Source: Armatimonadota bacterium (GTDB lineage Bacteria > Armatimonadota > SYMT01). From it: a stretch of DNA of 64,000 nt. A program made the translations under genes and the position numbers. Below the pieces are notes generated by a model. That model had not been told where the DNA came from, did no database searches, and was given only the letters and a program-made list of their open reading frames with translations. The stretch covers positions 192,001-256,000 of the forward strand of contig JAWLHY010000011.1 in the NCBI GenBank assembly GCA_041690135.1. The letters are read 5' to 3'. Positions 54,101 to 63,092 of this stretch are shown here, one piece after another (position 1 is the stretch's first letter; each line of letters starts with the position of its first letter).

Positions 54101-54313
54101 GTCGGCAACCTGTATCTGAACCGGAAGATCACTGGCGCCATCGTCGGCCGGCAGCCGTTCGGCGGGTTCAAGATGAGCGGCATCGGCAGCAAGGCCGGCG
54201 GCCCGGACTACCTCCTGCAGTTCCTGGAGCCGCGCACCATCACCGAGAACACCATCCGCCGCGGCTTCGCCCCCGAGTTCGATCAACTCTCGGCCGAACT
54301 CGGCGGCCTGTGA
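51176..54313 (+). CDS. putA: Bifunctional proline dehydrogenase / P5C dehydrogenase
   Basis: DLLGEA, DMEQ, RLVRGAYWD, ATHN, YLVRRLLEN; PPWNFP, FTGS, ELGGKN, GQKCSA, EEIFGP, QPFGG. Confidence 0.95.
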   Translation: MEILERTQGGTDSLETRTRDIGRKLLAEARERKSHFWARERWEEGLLRKLMVNERFRVQALRFVDVLPALRDDDELVRHLREYFGDDELPLPGAARWGIERAQGGVAAHLVAAAVRTAMHGLATRFIGGADVKDASHSVEELRRDGMAFTLDLLGEATVSEAESAEYHAKYLRLLDEFAPRVAKWKPNPLLDTVNGRPAPRLNLSVKVSAMYSQLSPVDPEGSANAVKEKLRPILRSAREKGAFICLDMEQYDLKEIVLRVFREILMEPEFRDWPDAGLAMQAYLRETEGDLHELIAWVKRRGTPVTVRLVRGAYWDYETVIARQHGWPVPVWTEKWETDRSYERCLRLLLENHPHIETAAATHNVRSLALAMALAEEYGLAPDQFELQMLYGMADPLKDAVARMGRRLRVYVPFGELIPGMAYLVRRLLENTASQSFLRMGFAEDVPAEVLLAAPGLEVGGRGAEAGNRTEGSDRDGDGRRSPVPGLQPVVAGSGQLTIDNGQLSIVNSRSLPRFQNEPVRRFTSPLERDRFAAAIERVRGEMGREYPLWIHGRDLWTKEWLESTNPARPSEVVGRVASANEKDAEAAVISAVAAFAEWRERPVRERADYLLRAAARMRERRDELSAWEIFEAGKTWREADADITEAIDFLEYYAREAVRLYQVLPLNAPGERNDFFYQPRGVYAVIPPWNFPLAILTGMLSAAVVTGNTAVLKPATQTPVIAAKLIEILREIGLPAGVVNFVPGPGAEIGEYLVRHAQVHGIAFTGSRAVGTRICRVAAEIQPGQEHLKRVIAELGGKNAVIIDSDADLDDAVMGTLASAFGFQGQKCSAASRVITVGDVHEHFVRRLVEAARSVTIGMPEDPAYFMGPVIDARACENIRKAIEAGKSVATLALETDVSHLGAGYFIGPTIFTDVPPDSALAQEEIFGPVTAIMQARDFDHALELANGTSYALTGGVYSRSPEHLDQARARFNVGNLYLNRKITGAIVGRQPFGGFKMSGIGSKAGGPDYLLQFLEPRTITENTIRRGFAPEFDQLSAELGGL

Positions 54314-54703
54314 AGGAACTTACTCACCGCAGAGACGCAGAGTGCGCAGAGGTGGCGCAGAGGGAGAAAAGAGGAATGAGCGAAGAGCCGGCAAGATGGA
54401 GGAGGCGGTAAGGAGAAGGCTTAACAGGTAAACTGGTGTGAGCCAGGCTGTGGTTGCTCTTCTTACTCTACCTCCGGTAATCCGGCATCCATGAATGCCC
54501 AAACGTTCACCCCCATCGGATCTGTCTGATCCTGACCGATCCGACCGAACGCCTAATGCCTGACCGCCTGAATGCCCGATCGCCTGACCACCCGAACACC
54601 GGCCCGCCCGAAGGCCCGAACACCCGACCCCTATTACGCATTACGCTATACGGATTACTGACCCATGCCCGCCGTCTCCGGTGACCGTTTCTCCAGTCAG
54701 AAC

Positions 54704-54997
54704 ATGTCCGACTGCGCCTTCTGCCCGCCGGAAGGACGCCGGTTCCGCACCACCCGCACCTGCAACGAGTGCGGGCGCCCCCTCTGCTTGATCTGCCGGC
54801 CCGCCGTGCCGAAGGCGCCGTTCCTCTGCCCGGAGTGCGGCGGTGGGCCGCGGGAGGACGCCATCCACCAGCCGGGCGCCGCCATCGAGCGGATCCGCGC
54901 GGCGGGGAACGCGGCCCCCTACTGGCTCACCGTGATCGAGCGCCGGCTCCAGGCCACCTCTCCCGCGGTGGTCGAAACGGAGATCGTACCGGAGTAG
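54704..54997 (+). CDS. Small Cys-rich zinc-finger protein
   Basis: CAFC, CNEC, CLIC, CPEC. Confidence 0.7.
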   Translation: MSDCAFCPPEGRRFRTTRTCNECGRPLCLICRPAVPKAPFLCPECGGGPREDAIHQPGAAIERIRAAGNAAPYWLTVIERRLQATSPAVVETEIVPE

Positions 54998-55155
54998 GTC
55001 CTACCAACTGCACTTGGCTCGGCACGACTAAAAGAGCGGAGCACCAATACCAGTCGGCGCAGGCGGGTGCCCGGGTACCCACTTGTGGGTGTGGCGTTCG
55101 CGCCTTTTCAGCCTGCGACTTTGAGTCGCCTGTTTGAAGTCGGCGCGAATCCCGG

Positions 55156-55374
55156 CTACTGCGTACAGTAGCGGGCGCGGTAGGATGCCAGCCCCTCGCG
55201 GTAGGCATAGACCATGCCGACGGCGCGGGTTTCGCCGGAGCGGACCTGGCTTTCCGCCCGGCGCAGCATGTGGCGGAGCAGGCCCTCCCCATAGTCGGTG
55301 CGGCCGTCTTCCGCCGCATCGGTGGCCAGCCACAGGATTTCGAGTACGCGGTCCAGCTCCTCGTCGGTTCGCAC
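55156..55374 (-). CDS. Small helical hypothetical protein (GTG start inferred)
   Basis: VRTDEELDRVLEILW...YREGLASYRARY is coding-like; weak RBS. Confidence 0.5.
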   Translation of the reverse strand: MRTDEELDRVLEILWLATDAAEDGRTDYGEGLLRHMLRRAESQVRSGETRAVGMVYAYREGLASYRARYCTQ

Positions 55375-55495
55375 GGCGGGCTCTCTCGGAATTCTGGACC
55401 GGGCGTTACACAGCAGGATGTGGCCCGGCACACGTTGGCCTACTCCAACTAAGACGCGCCTCCCTGCGGGTTGTTTAACTGATTTACGGGCAGGC

Positions 55496-56644
55496 TCACT
55501 CCGCCGGTGCGAGGTAGAGATCGTCCCGAAGCCGGAAGCTGACCTGTTTCCCGCCCGGCAGCCAGCGGAGGTCCCGCGGTCCGTGGCTCTCATCGGTCCA
55601 GCTCGCCCCGGCCGGTTCCCCCTTCTTACCGGAGGTGGAACCCACCTGAACCATCGTCTCGCCCCGCAGGCCGCTGGTCCAGAGCTCGAAGCGGGGAGGT
55701 GGTCCGGCGCTGGGCGCGCGGGGTTCCAGGATCCAGGCCAGCCGGTCGCCCGCCGGGGAGAGCGCGCACTCCACCACCCGGGAAGGGTCGGGCAGCCGGA
55801 GCGGGTAGCGGTCGAGTTGCCCCTGCTCGTCGGAGAGGTCTACCTGGGTGAGCGACACCGCCTCCACTTCCGGGGTCTCCCGCGCTTCGGCTGCGCTGCC
55901 GTGGCGGACCAGCAGCTTCTCTTCCGGGGTGAATCCGAGGGCGAAGCCGTCTTCCAGCGCCGGGGTCTCCACCGTGCGGTCGGCCTGGGGGCTGCGGAGG
56001 TCGTGGAGGTGGACTCGCCGCAGGTAGAAAAGACCCTCGCGGAGGTCGGTCTCCACCTCCGCCCACCGCTGCCCGTCCCGCAGCCACACGGCCTGGTTCC
56101 GGAGCGGGCTCGGCTGTCGCCACCGGCCGGTGGCTTCCCCTTCCAGGGTGGCCGCGTGCCAGAAGAGACGACCACCAAACCAGAGGAGCGACCGCCCCTC
56201 CGGGGAGAGCGCGGCGACGGGGGCCTCGTAGGTAAGCTCCGCTCCCGGCCGGCCGGCAACCGTCACCTGGGTCCGGTGGCCGCGCAGCAGCCCGCCGAAC
56301 GCCTCGTTGAAGCTCCGCAGCGGTTGTTCCTTGCCGGATTGGGTGTTCAGCACGGTGAGGCGGAAATGAGCCGGCGCTTTCGGGGCGGGGCGCAGCAGCA
56401 CAGCCTCCCGCTCCGACCGCCAGAAGTACGTCGCGTTCTCCCCGTCCGGCAGTTGTCCCACGTGCCGGACCACCCTCAGCAGGTCGGCGTCCGAGCGTCG
56501 CGGCTCGGCCGGCGGTGGCGGCGCGGCGGCCGGGGTGGCCGGCGGGGTGGTAACCCGCGGCGCCGGCCGGATCACCCAACTGGCTACCGAGATCCCCAAC
56601 AGGACCACTCCCAGCGCGATCCAGCCCCCGTTCCCGTGCTTCAT
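55496..56644 (-). CDS. Membrane-anchored TolB/WD40-like beta-propeller protein
   Basis: N-terminal TM, Pro-rich linker, ALSPEGRSL, ALSPAGDRLAW, RWLPGGKQVSF. Confidence 0.7.
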   Translation of the reverse strand: MKHGNGGWIALGVVLLGISVASWVIRPAPRVTTPPATPAAAPPPPAEPRRSDADLLRVVRHVGQLPDGENATYFWRSEREAVLLRPAPKAPAHFRLTVLNTQSGKEQPLRSFNEAFGGLLRGHRTQVTVAGRPGAELTYEAPVAALSPEGRSLLWFGGRLFWHAATLEGEATGRWRQPSPLRNQAVWLRDGQRWAEVETDLREGLFYLRRVHLHDLRSPQADRTVETPALEDGFALGFTPEEKLLVRHGSAAEARETPEVEAVSLTQVDLSDEQGQLDRYPLRLPDPSRVVECALSPAGDRLAWILEPRAPSAGPPPRFELWTSGLRGETMVQVGSTSGKKGEPAGASWTDESHGPRDLRWLPGGKQVSFRLRDDLYLAPAE

Positions 56645-56872
56645 GCTTGCACCCCTCTCCCGTTCCTCTCCCCGAGTAGGATGCGAAGCGGGGGCGCCCG
56701 GTAGTTCCGTCCTTCACCGTGGAAGACTCACCGCAAAGGACGCAGAGGAGCGCGGCGCATGCGCCCGTATGGGAGGATCGCAAAGAAGAAAAGGAAAGTA
56801 GGGTGGAGAAGGATTCAGTTCCCGGCAGGAGTGACTCCCATGGAGTAAGGATCTGTCTGCGGAGCACAAGAT

Positions 56873-57460
56873 ATGCGGACCATGAAGCTGGGTGAAGCAC
56901 TGGAGAAGTTCCGAAAGGAGAAAGCCGCCGGGCGGAAGTCGCTGCCACAGGCGTTGGCGGAGCTGAGTGATGCCGATGCCGAAACCCGGCGCTGGGGCGT
57001 CCTGGCTCTCCGTCGGATAGGGGGTAAGGAGGCCGTACAGGCCCTGATCGGCGCCCTGGAAGATCCCGATCCGTGGGTACGGTCGAGCGCCGCACTTTCT
57101 CTGGGAATCCTGGAGGACCCGACCGCGTTCGAGCCGCTGTTGCGACACTATCGCAGCGACCCCTCGGGAGAGGTCCGTGCGATGTGCGGTCCTTACCTGG
57201 AACAGTACTCGGACCCGAGGGTAATCCCGGCGCATTTGGACGCCCTGCGCGACCCGGAGTGGAAAGTCGTGCAGGGTGCGATCATCGCCCTGGAAGCACT
57301 GAATGTGCGAGAAGCGGTTCCCAGTCTCTGTACGTTACTCGATCATCCGACGGCGAGCGTGCGCCGGGCGGCCTGCGAGGCTCTGCTCACCTTTGGAGTA
57401 CGCGATCCGCGGATCGTGAGCACCCAGGAAGCCCTGAACGCCGATCCCGAAACGACGTAG
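56873..57460 (+). CDS. HEAT repeat protein
   Basis: LIGALEDPDPWVRSSAALSLG and similar repeats. Confidence 0.85.
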   Translation: MRTMKLGEALEKFRKEKAAGRKSLPQALAELSDADAETRRWGVLALRRIGGKEAVQALIGALEDPDPWVRSSAALSLGILEDPTAFEPLLRHYRSDPSGEVRAMCGPYLEQYSDPRVIPAHLDALRDPEWKVVQGAIIALEALNVREAVPSLCTLLDHPTASVRRAACEALLTFGVRDPRIVSTQEALNADPETT

Positions 57461-57628
57461 CGCGAGGTGTTTGGGTCGGCGTTCGGCGGACTGCTCCTGT
57501 CCGAACTGGGTGAGGGTCCACCCCCGGCCGCGACCCGGAGTTCAGGACCTGCTCGCTCCGCCCCACGGCAAGCCGTCTGCGGAGACGCCGGAGTAGCGCC
57601 AGTTCATGCCTCTTTCAGGAGGAACCCG

Positions 57629-58675
57629 ATGTCGTACCTTTGCAACGCACGCTGGGTGATGACGATCTCCCGGCCGGGACCGGACGGAGGCCTTTCCGAG
57701 TACGTCGTGCGGTTTTGGCTACGGGCGGAGCCGTTCGCCCTGGCGACGATCCACAGTAACGGGAAGCGCACCTTAACGGATGCGCGCGGGACCCTTTATC
57801 TGCTTCCCGAGGCCGATCACTGCACCCTCTTGCCGGCGCCTCCGGGCGCGACCTTCCCACCGGCGGGAAATGAGCACGGCTTCCAGCCCTGGGGACCGCT
57901 GACCCCGGACGATCTCGAGCCGGGCGTGCGGTCCGCGGACGGTTTCGATTGGCAGCGAGACTGGGACGTCCTGGACGGCCGGAAGGTCATCCGCGGTCGC
58001 CTGGAACAGGTCACCGATACCGAACGATATGAAACCACCCTGTGGCTGGACCCGGTAACGGGGGTGATTCTGCGTGCCGAGCAGCGGGAAACCGACCCGG
58101 CCACGGGAGAACTCGTGTCGCGGAGAGTCGACTCGGACTACACCTACGGCGTGGAACTGCCGGAGGAGGTGTTCGCACTACCTCCGCCCGGTGTGCCGGT
58201 GGTCGTCCACGATAGCGACGTCACCCAGCGCCTGCCCCCTGCGGAACGAGATGAGATCGACCGGATCATTGCCCGGTGCGACGAGGGCTGGCGGAGGGGT
58301 GACCCCCGCCGATTCCGGGAAGCATGGACTTTCACCCGGGCCGGTCACCTGCGAAACCTGCCGGACCGCAGCCGATGGCTGGAGGCCGCGCGCGCCATGG
58401 CCGGGAGGCTGCAGCGGTGGGAGAGCCGGATCGTCTCTATCCGAGAATCAACCATGGTTCCCCTGCACTCCACCCAAAACCGGTTCCAGATGCTCCCTGC
58501 GGGTGCAAAGGGCGCACTGCACGTGAAAACCACCATCCAGTTCGAGTGGACGTCCGGCGTCAGCGGGAAAGTGGAGGCCACTTACTTTCTACTGAAACGG
58601 CCCAACGGCTACCGGATCGTCCACTGGTATTTCTTGCTGGAGCATGAGGGCGAGGCCGCCTCCCCATCGGAGTGA
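57629..58675 (+). CDS. Hypothetical protein (LolA-like plus NTF2-like domains, tentative)
   Basis: RBS AGGAGG; TLWLDPVTGVILR...ELPEEVFALPPP; C-terminal GYRIVHWYF. Confidence 0.6.
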   Translation: MSYLCNARWVMTISRPGPDGGLSEYVVRFWLRAEPFALATIHSNGKRTLTDARGTLYLLPEADHCTLLPAPPGATFPPAGNEHGFQPWGPLTPDDLEPGVRSADGFDWQRDWDVLDGRKVIRGRLEQVTDTERYETTLWLDPVTGVILRAEQRETDPATGELVSRRVDSDYTYGVELPEEVFALPPPGVPVVVHDSDVTQRLPPAERDEIDRIIARCDEGWRRGDPRRFREAWTFTRAGHLRNLPDRSRWLEAARAMAGRLQRWESRIVSIRESTMVPLHSTQNRFQMLPAGAKGALHVKTTIQFEWTSGVSGKVEATYFLLKRPNGYRIVHWYFLLEHEGEAASPSE

Positions 58676-59125
58676 GAGGTTGGGAATGTTATCCGACGCG
58701 ACAAGAGAGCGTGTCGACCGCCTCGTGAACGAGGTGCAGGGGGTGGTCGAGCGCGTGGCCGCGCCAGGGCAGGTGCAGCTCTACCAACTCCGGAAAGCCG
58801 GTGTGCCGGAGGTGTTGTTTACGCCGGTGGTCGGAAGCCTGTCCGGCCCAGGCCCTGGCTAAGCAGAGCATGCACGGTGCCCGTTCCGTCACCCGACCCT
58901 TCCAATTCTCCTCCACGACTTCCCTCTCCCCTCCACTGTACGGGCCGCCACGTGTGAAACGCCAGTTTACACGTCCGTTAAGTCTTTGTTTCAGGTTCAC
59001 CGGCGCCTCAACTCCCGCCGTCTCGCAGCTATAGAGGGCATTGGAAGCGGGGAATGTTCGGCTTCGGCTCCCGCTTGCAGTCCTACGCTATCCGAAGCCG
59101 GCAGAGAAGAACGGTGTTGAGACTC

Positions 59126-59311
59126 ATGATTTCCGCTCGAAGGCTGCAGTGCCTCGGCGTTCTGGCCGGCCTGGCCGCCCTCACCCTGGTGGGGTGTGCC
59201 GAGAAGACGGCCGACCTCTCCGCCACGGGCCATAGCGCCGTCCCGGTGAACGCCCCCGCCGACGCCAACGCGGCGGCAGCGGGCGGCAGCGGCATGCCGC
59301 AGCCCCGCTAG
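59126..59311 (+). CDS. Small lipoprotein
   Basis: Basic N-terminus, hydrophobic core, lipobox LVGC. Confidence 0.6.
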   Translation: MISARRLQCLGVLAGLAALTLVGCAEKTADLSATGHSAVPVNAPADANAAAAGGSGMPQPR

Positions 59312-59359
59312 GGCCGGGTTCCGCCGGATCGTCCGTTCGCAACAAGAAGGGTGTCCTTT

Positions 59360-60010
59360 ATGATGCTACATCACACCAACCGGCCCCGGACACGGCGGGG
59401 CTTCACGCTGATTGAACTGCTCGTCGTCATAGCCATCATCGCCATCCTGGCCGCCATCCTCTTCCCGGTCTTCGCCCGCGCCCGCGAGGCCGCCCGCGCC
59501 ACCAGTTGCAAGTCGAACCTGAAACAAATCGGGATTGCGACCCAGCTCTACGCCCAGGACTACGACGAGCGGGTCGTCTCCGCCTTCATCTACTACTCCC
59601 CCTCCGACAACCTGGTCTGGTGGCCGGATCTCATCCGCCCTTACGCCAAGAACGAGCAACTCACGCTCTGCCCCAGCGCGCCCAATCCGCAGAATTACTG
59701 CACGAACTGGCGCCGGCCCGCTGGGATGGTCCCGCCTTCGGTTTGCTTCAATTACACCTTCCCCGACTGGTTCAACGGACGTGCGATGGCCGAGCTTCCG
59801 GTCCCGGCCGACACCATCCAGGGGGTTGACTCCAACAGCCACGAGTACTGGAGCTACGAGCAGACGGATGCCCCGATGAACCGCAGCACCTACACCCCGC
59901 GGACAGCCAAGCGCCACAGCGAGATGATGAACGTGCTCTACCATGATGGCCACGTGAAGGCGGTGAAACAGACCCGCCTCGGGGAGTGGACCATCGCCGA
60001 AGGCGACTAA
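59360..60010 (+). CDS. Prepilin-type DUF1559 / H-X9-DG protein
   Basis: [31 protein letters not shown]; [16 protein letters not shown]. Confidence 0.92.
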   Translation: MMLHHTNRPRTRRGFTLIELLVVIAIIAILAAILFPVFARAREAARATSCKSNLKQIGIATQLYAQDYDERVVSAFIYYSPSDNLVWWPDLIRPYAKNEQLTLCPSAPNPQNYCTNWRRPAGMVPPSVCFNYTFPDWFNGRAMAELPVPADTIQGVDSNSHEYWSYEQTDAPMNRSTYTPRTAKRHSEMMNVLYHDGHVKAVKQTRLGEWTIAEGD

Positions 60011-60055
60011 AAAGCCGCAACTCCCGGACAAAAGGAAGGGCGAAGAAGGAAAGAG

Positions 60056-60090
60056 GAAAGGGCGAAGGGATCACTTCCCTTCGCCCTTTC
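60056..60090 (+). terminator. Hairpin after the DUF1559 gene
   Basis: GAAAGGGCGAAGGGA / TCCCTTCGCCCTTTC stem. Confidence 0.55.
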
Positions 60091-60406
60091 TCCTATTGTC
60101 CGTCCGGAAGACCTGGAAGTTTCTCCCCTGGCACGTGAGTAATCAAGAACTTTTCCGATAGAAGAGTTCTTGATATTAGATGATAAATGCTCAAATCAAG
60201 TCCATAAGGAGCTGGAAAGGGGACGAATCTCCCCCCGTTCTGCATTTTTGCGGATGAAAGTCCCTCCACATCTGTTTCCGGGCGGGTATCTTGTTTTAGA
60301 TCACATCGTGTGGCAATCCGAGCCACGGATCCCCCCGCCTTGGCTGACCAGACATGCCGTCACCAGAGAGGGTACGCCTTTACCGGAAGATGCAGATGGA
60401 GGTCAG

Positions 60407-61186
60407 ATGGCGGAAGGACGAGAGGCAGTTTCGACTTCTCAAGAGCAGCTATGGCTGGAGTTCGTGCGTACCCGCGACTCCTCTCTGCGCGAAGTCCTCA
60501 TCAACCATCACCGGCGACTGGCGTATGCGCTGGCCCATCGTTTCCGGGGTCGTGGAGTGCCTCTCGAAGACCTGGTTCAGGTCGCCCTCCTTGGCCTGGT
60601 GCGCGCAGTGGATCGTTTCGACCCACACCTTTCTCCCCACTTTAGCAGTTTCGCGGTTCCGACGATCGTCGGGGAGCTCCGGCGCCATTTCCGGGACTGT
60701 TCCGGTAGCGTCCGCGTCCCCTGGCATGTGCAAGCGCAGGTTCGGTCTCTACACCGGGTAACCGAAGAGTTACTTTCGGTTATGGGGCGCCACCCTACGA
60801 CCTCGGAGATTGCCGTGGCACTCTCCATCTCGGATGATCAGGTTCTGGACCTCATCGCCCTGCGAGAACTGGCCCATCCGCTCCCGGAACACGACCCTCA
60901 TTTCGAGCAGCACCCGTCCCCCAGCTTGGAGGAGCTGGCGGGCCAGGTGGACCTTCGGCTGGCCGGGGTGGAGACGCGGGTCGCGGTGGCGCAGGCCCTT
61001 ACCGGCCTTCCCGTGCAACTCCGTCGCATTATCCGCCTGCGGTATCTGGAAGCGAGGAGTCAGCGTGAAGTCGCCGCGTTGCTGGGCATCTCGCAGATGC
61101 ACGTTTCCCGGCTGGAGAAAGAGGCCCTTACCTGCCTGAGGAATGAACTGGAGGTCCATTCTCCCCGCTCTCCTCCGCGGCCCTGA
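60407..61186 (+). CDS. SigB/SigF/SigG-family sigma factor
   Basis: RBS GGAGG; EDLVQVALLGLVRAVDRFDP, FAVPTIVGELRRHFRD, GISQMHVSRL. Confidence 0.9.
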   Translation: MAEGREAVSTSQEQLWLEFVRTRDSSLREVLINHHRRLAYALAHRFRGRGVPLEDLVQVALLGLVRAVDRFDPHLSPHFSSFAVPTIVGELRRHFRDCSGSVRVPWHVQAQVRSLHRVTEELLSVMGRHPTTSEIAVALSISDDQVLDLIALRELAHPLPEHDPHFEQHPSPSLEELAGQVDLRLAGVETRVAVAQALTGLPVQLRRIIRLRYLEARSQREVAALLGISQMHVSRLEKEALTCLRNELEVHSPRSPPRP

Positions 61187-61291
61187 AACGACGGGGCTCC
61201 ATGGAACTGGAGGGGTCGGGGAATGCGACACCTCCCCACTTTGACGTTGATGACAGCGCACTCGGCAGTCGCAGACCCGTTCACGAATGGA

Positions 61292-61338
61292 CCTGCTCAG
61301 GAGGGGGCCTGCTCAGGAGGGGACCTGCTCAGGAGTGG
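61292..61338 (+). repeat. Three 16-bp tandem repeats CCTGCTCAGGAGGGG(G/A)
   Basis: Seen directly; overlaps the STAS gene stop. Confidence 0.75.
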
Positions 61339-61694
61339 GAAGGTGCGGAGAGTGCCAGGAGCGCGTGGATGGCGGCATCTCGGCTGGCGTGGAGCGGCAG
61401 AAGGTCCTTCCAGCGGAGAATCTCCAGGGGCCGTTCCACCCGCCAATTGCCGTGGGTGACGATGGCCAGGGGTCGGTGGACGGCGGCCATGCTGCGGCCG
61501 CACCGGAGGAGGAAGCGAGCGCCCCGCCCGTCCATGAACGTGACTTCCTGGAGATTGAGCAAGACCGCGGGAGGCTCGGATGCGAGTGTAGCGGACCAGC
61601 GGGCCTGTGCATCGGCCTCGGTGCAGGCGTCAAGGTCTCCGCTGATGATGAACTCGATGCACTCCTGGGTGGTGTAGGTCTCCACTAGCAGCAT
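61329..61694 (-). CDS. STAS-domain anti-sigma-factor antagonist
   Basis: ISGDLDA, LLNLQEVTFMDGRG. Confidence 0.8.
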   Translation of the reverse strand: MLLVETYTTQECIEFIISGDLDACTEADAQARWSATLASEPPAVLLNLQEVTFMDGRGARFLLRCGRSMAAVHRPLAIVTHGNWRVERPLEILRWKDLLPLHASRDAAIHALLALSAPSHS

Positions 61695-61890
61695 AACGTG
61701 TATTTCCCTGGAGACGAAGCAGGCCCTTAAGAGGCGTGGGCCCTCTGCGAGGAACCTGCGGAGCTTGCCCTAGAATTGCTCCAAGAGAACGTATTGAAAC
61801 ATAAAGATCGAGCCTCTTTGGTAGATCGGCAGGTTAGGGCTCTCCCAAACGTCGGGTGTACTTCCGTGTCAAACAGAGTCGCACCGGTGC

Positions 61891-61916
61891 GTTTGCTTTT
61901 GGGAGGGATTGGGTAA
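61891..61916 (+). promoter_or_regulatory. SigB-type promoter GTTT-N16-GGGTAA
   Basis: Matches the SigB consensus spacing, ~200 bp upstream of a SigB-like gene. Confidence 0.55.
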
Positions 61917-62115
61917 ACCTCACACACCTGGCAGCCACCAGCAACCCGCCCGTTCGCTCTCCCGACGCAAACGGCGGGCCTTTTGCCCTGCTTCCCGGAC
62001 GGCTCTCTGCCCTTCCATGTCCGGATATGTTCGGATATGTCCGGAAGCGAAGGAGGCGGCCGACCCAGGCCCGCGGCATCTCGGCCGCCCGACAGCAGCG
62101 AGTTAGAGACAAGCC

Positions 62116-62964
62116 ATGAGCGACCCCACTCCTACCCCTACGCCCGCGCCCGTCACCACCACCGTTCAGCCGACGTCCGACGCCCCGGCGACTCCCGCCG
62201 GAAGTAGGGGAAGAGATCCCGCTCTGGATCCCGACAGCGCCCATGCCCTCTTGCTGGAGTACACGCGGACCCGCGACGTGGAGATCCGCAATCAACTGGT
62301 GCTCCGTTACAGCCGGCTGGTCCACTACCTCGCCAGCCGGTTTTCCGCGAACGGGATCACCGGTCGCGACGACCTGATCCAGGTCGGTTACATGGGCCTG
62401 ATCTCCGCTATCGAGCGCTACGATCCGGAAGCGGGCGGCGGGTTCACCACGTTCGCCATGGTCACCATCCGCGGCGTGATCCAGCACTTCCTCCGCGATC
62501 ACACCTGGGGCCTCAAAGCACCGCGCCGCCTGCGGGAGTTGGCGACCCGCCTCCGCCGCCTGCGGGACGAGCTGGAGCAGAGCCTGGGCCGCCCGCCCTC
62601 GGTGGCGGAAATGGCCGAGGCGGCCGGCGTGACTCGCGAGAAGCTGCTGGAAGCCATGGAAGTCGATCAGCTCTACCAGCCCACCTCCCTGGACGCTTAC
62701 CGCAACGAGGACAGCGGCGACGGCCGGGTGGCGCTGCGCGACTCGATCGGCGGCGAGGACCCGGGCTTCAATGGGGTGGAAGAGAAGGAACTGGTCCGCT
62801 GGGCCCTGGGTACCCTGGACGAGCGCGAGCGCGCCATCATCTACCAGCGGTTCTACGGCGAAGCTTCCCAGGCGGAAGTAGCTGGCGACCTGGGAATCTC
62901 CCAGATGCACGTCTCCCGCCTGGAACGCAAGGCCCTTTCGCGGCTAAGGGCTCTACTGAGCTAA
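62116..62964 (+). CDS. SigB/SigF/SigG-family sigma factor
   Basis: DDLIQVGYMGLISAIERYDP, FLRDHTWGLKAPRRL, GISQMHVSRL. Confidence 0.92.
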   Translation: MSDPTPTPTPAPVTTTVQPTSDAPATPAGSRGRDPALDPDSAHALLLEYTRTRDVEIRNQLVLRYSRLVHYLASRFSANGITGRDDLIQVGYMGLISAIERYDPEAGGGFTTFAMVTIRGVIQHFLRDHTWGLKAPRRLRELATRLRRLRDELEQSLGRPPSVAEMAEAAGVTREKLLEAMEVDQLYQPTSLDAYRNEDSGDGRVALRDSIGGEDPGFNGVEEKELVRWALGTLDERERAIIYQRFYGEASQAEVAGDLGISQMHVSRLERKALSRLRALLS

Positions 62965-62988
62965 CCGGAAGGAATGGGGGAAGCGAAG

Positions 62989-63037
62989 AAAGGGGGAATG
63001 GGAGCGTCTTGTAACCGGGACGCTCCCATTCCCCCTT
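62989..63037. terminator. Hairpin between convergent genes
   Basis: AAGGGGGAATGGGAGCGTC / GACGCTCCCATTCCCCCTT stem. Confidence 0.6.
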
Positions 63038-63092
63038 TCGTCCATTCTCCGCTTCCACCTGTCCGAGGTAGCCGGACGAGGTTAACACACCT

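Noticed and set aside
58686-58862. 58-aa ORF after the LolA-like gene
   Set aside because: Has a plausible RBS but no motif; may be a gene fragment, so insufficient support to list
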